IMG/VR virus record: IMGVR_UViG_3300046170_000378
Coordinates: 148,343-212,342 of that record
DNA length: 64,000 bases
Strand: one strand, 5' to 3'
This document shows, one piece after another, positions 58,978 to 64,000 of the stretch (the first letter of the stretch is position 1; each line of letters begins with the position of its first letter). The position numbers were made by a program, and so were the translations under genes. The notes below the pieces were generated by a model. That model had not been told where the DNA came from. It did not search any database and saw nothing but the letters and a program-made list of their open reading frames with translations.

Positions 58978-59350
58978 CGGAGAAATAATTGACAAGTACA
59001 CAATCCTAGAGATTAAGTTACAAGAAATTAAAAATCCAGCAAAATTAGTTAACGTACAAAATGAGTACGATTCTCTAAAACCAGTTGTAGACCAGATTTA
59101 CAATGACACACACGCACAAGAAGTATTAGCAGAACTAAAAGAAGATTTGCTTAATATTAATAAAACACTTTGGAATATCGAAGATATAATCAGAGATCAT
59201 GAGCGTGAAGATAGATTTGATTCTGATTTTATAGAATTAGCAAGATCTGTTTATTTCACTAACGATGAAAGAGCAGAAGTTAAAAAACAAATTAATGAAT
59301 TAACTGGTTCGGCATTAGTAGAAGAAAAGTCTTACCAAGAATATAACTAA
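58958..59350 (+). CDS. DUF6165-like protein
   Basis: EVSNGEIIDKYTILEIK...N..LW.IED.IR..E..F..FIELARSVY.TND.RA..K..IN...GS..VEEKSY. Confidence 0.75.
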   Translation: MKIEVSNGEIIDKYTILEIKLQEIKNPAKLVNVQNEYDSLKPVVDQIYNDTHAQEVLAELKEDLLNINKTLWNIEDIIRDHEREDRFDSDFIELARSVYFTNDERAEVKKQINELTGSALVEEKSYQEYN

Positions 59351-59351
59351 T

Positions 59352-60320
59352 ATGCGTCATGCCTTGCAGGATGGGCAAAGAGTAGGCCTACTTATAAATA
59401 CACCAGCACTAGGTGATACTATTGCTGCAATACCAACATTGCGTAAACTTTCTAAAGCTTATGACAATGCACAATTGACCGTGTTTACAAGTAAGCCATT
59501 CCTGTTTGAAAATCATCCACTAGTATTTCAGGCATTACCGTTAGATTCAGAATTAAAAGATAACTGTCACTTACATGAGACATTTTATCCAATAGTTGGC
59601 ATAGCAAACGAATTGAGAGGACGTAAAGTAGAATTTAGATATTCTAACATGGATCTTAGACAATTCCATGCAGTTTCTTTGGGATTCACATTAACTGAAG
59701 CAGAGATGGAAATGGATCTCTACATCGAAAGTGAAAGAGAAATAGGATATGAAGACTATGTTATAATTCACCCAACACATACCTGGCCAACAAGAACATG
59801 GGATCAAGAAAAATGGCAAGAATTGACTAATAAGTTAAATGATCAAGGAATTCCTGTAATTGCTGTGGGTAGAGATTCAAAAGAAGTTGGTCATTTTAAT
59901 GTTGAAAAACCAGTAATGGATTTAAACATTAAATTGGGTGTTAATTTACTTAATGATCCTGATAATGATCCCGCTGAATTAAGATGGATGATGAACAACA
60001 AAGCTCGGGCTATAGTAACTATGGACTCAGGTATTTTGCATGTTGCAGGAACAACAGATGTTCATATCATACAATTAGGTAGTTCAATAGATAATAAACT
60101 TAGGGCACCATATAGAAATGGAACTCAAGATTATAAATATGATTTTATTAGAGGTGGATGTGGCATATTTTGTTCAAGTAATATGAAGTATAATATCAAA
60201 ACACATGGTAGTATTCAATCTATCCCACCACAGATAAATTGTTTAGAAAATAAAAAAGAATTCGAGTGTCACCCAAGCGTAGATGCCGTATATGATAGAT
60301 TAGTAAAATTATATGAGTAG
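59352..60320 (+). CDS. Glycosyltransferase family 9 (heptosyltransferase-like)
   Basis: LGDTI, IIHP..TW.TRTW..EKW, VTMDSGILHVAG; C-terminal Cys cluster. Confidence 0.82.
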   Translation: MRHALQDGQRVGLLINTPALGDTIAAIPTLRKLSKAYDNAQLTVFTSKPFLFENHPLVFQALPLDSELKDNCHLHETFYPIVGIANELRGRKVEFRYSNMDLRQFHAVSLGFTLTEAEMEMDLYIESEREIGYEDYVIIHPTHTWPTRTWDQEKWQELTNKLNDQGIPVIAVGRDSKEVGHFNVEKPVMDLNIKLGVNLLNDPDNDPAELRWMMNNKARAIVTMDSGILHVAGTTDVHIIQLGSSIDNKLRAPYRNGTQDYKYDFIRGGCGIFCSSNMKYNIKTHGSIQSIPPQINCLENKKEFECHPSVDAVYDRLVKLYE

Positions 60321-62526
60321 TACGAGAAAGAAAATATTGTATTTAGCTCCACACCTGAGCACAGGTGGAATGCCACAGTTTGTTCTCAAAAGAGTACAAG
60401 CTATGTTGCGTTTAGACGAATATGATATACACGTTCTAGAATATACACAATACAGTACAAATTATATTGTTCAAAGAGAACAACTTCAAGCTATTTTAGG
60501 TGATAGATTTACATCTTTGGGTTATTTAGACTCAATAAAAGAATCAGAAAGATCTGCCAAATTAAAGAACTATCTAAATAATTTAAACCCAGATATTATT
60601 CACATTGATGAGGCACCAGAATCTTTTGATAGTTTTAATAAAATGTCTGAGTCTACCCAAAAATGGCTCTATAATCAAAAGTGGAAAATAGTAGAAACTA
60701 ATCATAATATTTGGTTTGATCCTAAAAACAAAAGATTTGATCCAGATCATTATCAATTCTGTACACCATACCACTTAAAAACATTTAAAAACAGAGACAC
60801 GGATAAATCAGTTATTCAATATCCTGTAGAAAACATGGTAAGATCCAAAGAACTGGCAAAGTCAGATGCCATGGATTCATTAGGGTTTGACCCAAGTAAA
60901 ACACATGTACTTAACGTTGGATTATGGACAACTGGCAAGAATCAGTCAGAAGGCATTGAGATCGCAAGGATTGCTGCGTCAAAGGCAAATAACTTACATT
61001 TCCACTTTGTTGGTAATCAAGCTGAAAACTTTTCTGAGTATTGGCAACCATTAATGGAAAACTTACCACCTAACGTTACAATATGGGGTGAAAGATCTGA
61101 TGTGTCCCAGTTTATGATAGCGTCAGATGCATTTATGTTTAACTCTAATTGGGAATGTAGTCCATTAGCATTGCGCGAAGCACACAGTTATGGCCTTAAA
61201 ACATTTTCTAGGCAATTAGATCAATATGAAGACATGTTTCCTTTCATAATTCCATTCTCTGAGGATTTAGAGAAGAACGCATCGGTATTAATCAAAGAAC
61301 TCACAGAACTCGATATTAAAGGAGAAAACCCACCAAAGGACGATTTTGCCAGGTTCACTCAACAACTCAAAGACGCTTATCACGCTACATTGACAAAATC
61401 CACAACTGAACGCGCACATCAACTCGAAGTTACCTCAGACACTTTTAAAATTCAATGGGTAAATGGACCACGGTTACACGTAGAACAACTAGATCTTGCA
61501 ACATGGCGTGCAGAATTTTGGGACTCTACAGACTTAATCTACAGTACTGGAGAATTGGAAGACAGACACTGGTATCAACCATCTAGAAAATGGTGGACTG
61601 ATTGGACTGTTAAAATATACAGAGACAATCAACTCTACACAGAGCTACAACCAGATCTGGTAAACCAAGATCTAACAGTTATCTTTGATAGCTCATCACT
61701 TGGAGATACCTTAAGCTTTATGGGTCAAATGACAATGATCAAACAACGACACTCTGTTGACAGAGTCTTCGTAAAGTGTCATAAGCCATGGTTATTTGAC
61801 TGGAAAAGATATGCAACACACAAAGTGTATCCACTGGCATGGGACCAACCATCGACATACCATTCACAAACCATCGGAGTCTATTATACCATGGAAGCAC
61901 CATGGCAAAGACACGAGCACAGATATGATTGGCGTCAAATTCCCCTTGGAAAAATCGCCGCAGATCGCCTTGACCTAGAATACTGGGAAACCAGACCATT
62001 TATGGCACCTAGATACCTAAAGGCTAAAACCAAATCTAAACGCGCGCACGTTTGCATAGCAACACAATCAACTGCTCAAGCCAAATATTGGAATCATCCC
62101 ACTGGCTGGCAAGAGGTTGTAGATTGGTGTAATCAAAATGACTTAGAGGTACATCATGCTAGTAAAGAAGGAACTAAACTTCAAGGTGTTCAACAATTAC
62201 CAGAAGCCTTAGAAGAGGTTGCAGACTCTATTGTGACTGCCAAAGGTTTTATTGGAATTTCTTCTGGCTTGTCTTGGTTTGCTTGGGCGCTTGGAGCCGA
62301 AGTTATTATGATCAGTGGTTTTACTGACGAGTATGTAGAGTTTGAAGACATGTGTACTAGAATAATTAATAAACAAGCATGTCATGGATGTTGGGGATGG
62401 GACACCTTTGATAAAGGTGACTGGAACTGGTGCCCTTCATGGAAAGGCACACATAGACAATTTGAATGTAGTAAACAAATACAGCCATCGCAAGTAATAA
62501 ACGAATTAGAAAAATGGAAGACATAA
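60313..62526 (+). CDS. GT4 domain fused to TibC/Aah-like autotransporter O-heptosyltransferase domain
   Basis: HLSTGGMPQ, NVGLW..GKNQ, E.SPLALREA (GT4); SSSLGDTL, STAQAKYWN, IGISSGLSW.AWA, CHGCW..WCP..FECSK (TibC-like). Confidence 0.82.
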   Translation: MSSTRKKILYLAPHLSTGGMPQFVLKRVQAMLRLDEYDIHVLEYTQYSTNYIVQREQLQAILGDRFTSLGYLDSIKESERSAKLKNYLNNLNPDIIHIDEAPESFDSFNKMSESTQKWLYNQKWKIVETNHNIWFDPKNKRFDPDHYQFCTPYHLKTFKNRDTDKSVIQYPVENMVRSKELAKSDAMDSLGFDPSKTHVLNVGLWTTGKNQSEGIEIARIAASKANNLHFHFVGNQAENFSEYWQPLMENLPPNVTIWGERSDVSQFMIASDAFMFNSNWECSPLALREAHSYGLKTFSRQLDQYEDMFPFIIPFSEDLEKNASVLIKELTELDIKGENPPKDDFARFTQQLKDAYHATLTKSTTERAHQLEVTSDTFKIQWVNGPRLHVEQLDLATWRAEFWDSTDLIYSTGELEDRHWYQPSRKWWTDWTVKIYRDNQLYTELQPDLVNQDLTVIFDSSSLGDTLSFMGQMTMIKQRHSVDRVFVKCHKPWLFDWKRYATHKVYPLAWDQPSTYHSQTIGVYYTMEAPWQRHEHRYDWRQIPLGKIAADRLDLEYWETRPFMAPRYLKAKTKSKRAHVCIATQSTAQAKYWNHPTGWQEVVDWCNQNDLEVHHASKEGTKLQGVQQLPEALEEVADSIVTAKGFIGISSGLSWFAWALGAEVIMISGFTDEYVEFEDMCTRIINKQACHGCWGWDTFDKGDWNWCPSWKGTHRQFECSKQIQPSQVINELEKWKT

Positions 62527-62688
62527 CACAAGAACAGGGTTGGGTAGTTGTTAGAGACACTGAAACAGTGTATGAATTTAGAACCTTTGAAAAGGCTTTT
62601 AATTTTCAACTAGTTTTTATGGGACATCTAATGACACAGTGGTATTATGAACACCAATGGAAACCCGATAGATTAAAAAAGAATTAAT

Positions 62689-63575
62689 ATGAAAGCAATA
62701 GTAACCGGAGGTGCAGGATTTATTGGATCACACCTAGTAAAAAAATTAATTAATCTTGGATGGCAAGTAACAGTTATCGACAATTTTAGTACCGGAAGTT
62801 TAGAAAACATTGAAGGATTAGACTGTCAAATAATTGAAGAAGATGTTAATAATATTTCTATTCAAGATTGGCAAATTAAACACAATGCTTTATTTCATTT
62901 AGCAGCACCAGTTTCTGTTGAAGAGAGTTTAAACAATCCTAAAAAATACTACGATCAAATACTTAGAGGTACGGCAAATATAGTTGATTGGTCATTACAA
63001 CAGGGAAATAGAGATGTTATTATAGCATCAACCGCCTGCAATTTATGGAGACTCTGAAGATTTACCATATGTTGAATCAGGATCTATTGATCCTATTAGT
63101 CCATATGCCAAAGCAAAACATATGACAGAATTGCTTTTAAAAGAAGAGTATGAAAAGAGGACCATTTAAAGGCACTGCATTAAGATTCTTTAATGTATAC
63201 GGTGAAGGTCAAAGAAATGAAGGCGGTTACTTAAGTGCTGTTCCTGTTTTCTTGAATCAATATGAATCTTTCGAGCCAATTACTGTTACTGGAGATGGTA
63301 AACAAACTAGAGATTTTATTTATGTAGGTGATGTGGTTGAAGCGTGCATCAGTGCATATACTGACATTTCAGAAAATGGCATTCAAGTTATGAATGTTGC
63401 ATCAGGTCAAGAAACTAGTATTATGGATTTAGCCGAAGCATTTGGCGGTGAGATAATTCACATACCAGAAAGGTTAGAGCCTAAAAGATCAGTAGCAGAT
63501 ATAACTAAAATAAAATCAACACTTAGTTGGAAACCTTTAACTAGGTTACTAACTTGGGTAAAACAAATAAAATAA
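62689..63575 (+). CDS. NAD-dependent nucleotide-sugar epimerase/dehydratase, +1 indel at ~63035
   Basis: VTGGAGFIGSHL, FHLAA, STAAIYG after correction, SPYAKAK, LRFFNVYG, QTRDFIYV.DV. Confidence 0.9.
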
Positions 63576-64000
63576 TGTATCATTATAGAATCATTTTCGC
63601 AGTCATTTGTATCTTCTTTAATACATTACTATATGCACAAGAAGACGAGCTAAGAGTAATAGAAGTTAGAACAGATATTTATGAGATCACATATTCTCAA
63701 ACATATCAACAACCATTAACAATAAATTATACTGTTATTTGTGATGCAATGGCACCATCATATTCTAGACATGGTATGAGATTTGAAAAAGTAGATGGCA
63801 TTAAAACTTCGTCTTCATCTGATTACGTTGATAATATTTGGGACAAGGGTCATATGGCACCCGCAAATACATTCTCATGTAAAGAAGAGTGGTTAGAAAC
63901 TACATTTACTTATGTTAACTGTGCACTTCAACATCAGAATTTAAATAGAGGTGCATGGGCCGCACTAGAGGCCTTTGAAAGAGATTTAGCAGCAATTTAT
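63575..64000 (+). CDS. DNA/RNA non-specific endonuclease (NucA/EndA family), 3' truncated
   Basis: Manually translated: signal-like N-terminus, WDKGHMAPA, YVNCALQHQNLNRGAW..LE. Confidence 0.85.
   Translation, partial: MYHYRIIFAVICIFFNTLLYAQEDELRVIEVRTDIYEITYSQTYQQPLTINYTVICDAMAPSYSRHGMRFEKVDGIKTSSSSDYVDNIWDKGHMAPANTFSCKEEWLETTFTYVNCALQHQNLNRGAWAALEAFERDLAAIY

Noticed and set aside
1-64000. Stop-codon reassignment
   Set aside because: Long genes read through under the standard code, premature stops are explained by indels, and no suppressor tRNA was seen

Overview
This window is part of a large, AT-rich, T4-like myovirus genome (Caudoviricetes, probably a jumbo phage). The host is most likely a marine Bacteroidota/flavobacterium, inferred from T9SS-type C-terminal domains and an Hc1-like gene. 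1-22.6 kb is mostly virion morphogenesis: scaffold, major capsid, gp14-like neck, small and large terminase, tail sheath, tail tube, hub/chaperone and tape measure, with clamp loader and RNase H inserted. 22.6-34.5 kb holds small early genes, DNA ligase, a NEIL1-like glycosylase, host-like metabolic genes and an ECF sigma factor. 34.5-38.3 kb is a tRNA cluster with structured RNAs and a CCA-adding enzyme. 40-45 kb has two T9SS-cargo-like genes and lysis genes. 45-58 kb has accessory enzymes, two more tRNAs flanking a ~400-nt structured RNA, thioredoxin and an exonuclease. 59-64 kb is a glycosylation cluster followed by a non-specific nuclease. I read 12 tRNAs and one tRNA-like RNA. Three recurrent promoter-like motifs suggest an early/middle/late cascade involving the phage ECF sigma. 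Caveat: many essential genes are split by single-base insertions, nearly all AG>AGG on one strand or the other. These look like sequencing or assembly errors, so I give merged gene coordinates. All protein calls come from motif recognition by eye, not database searches.
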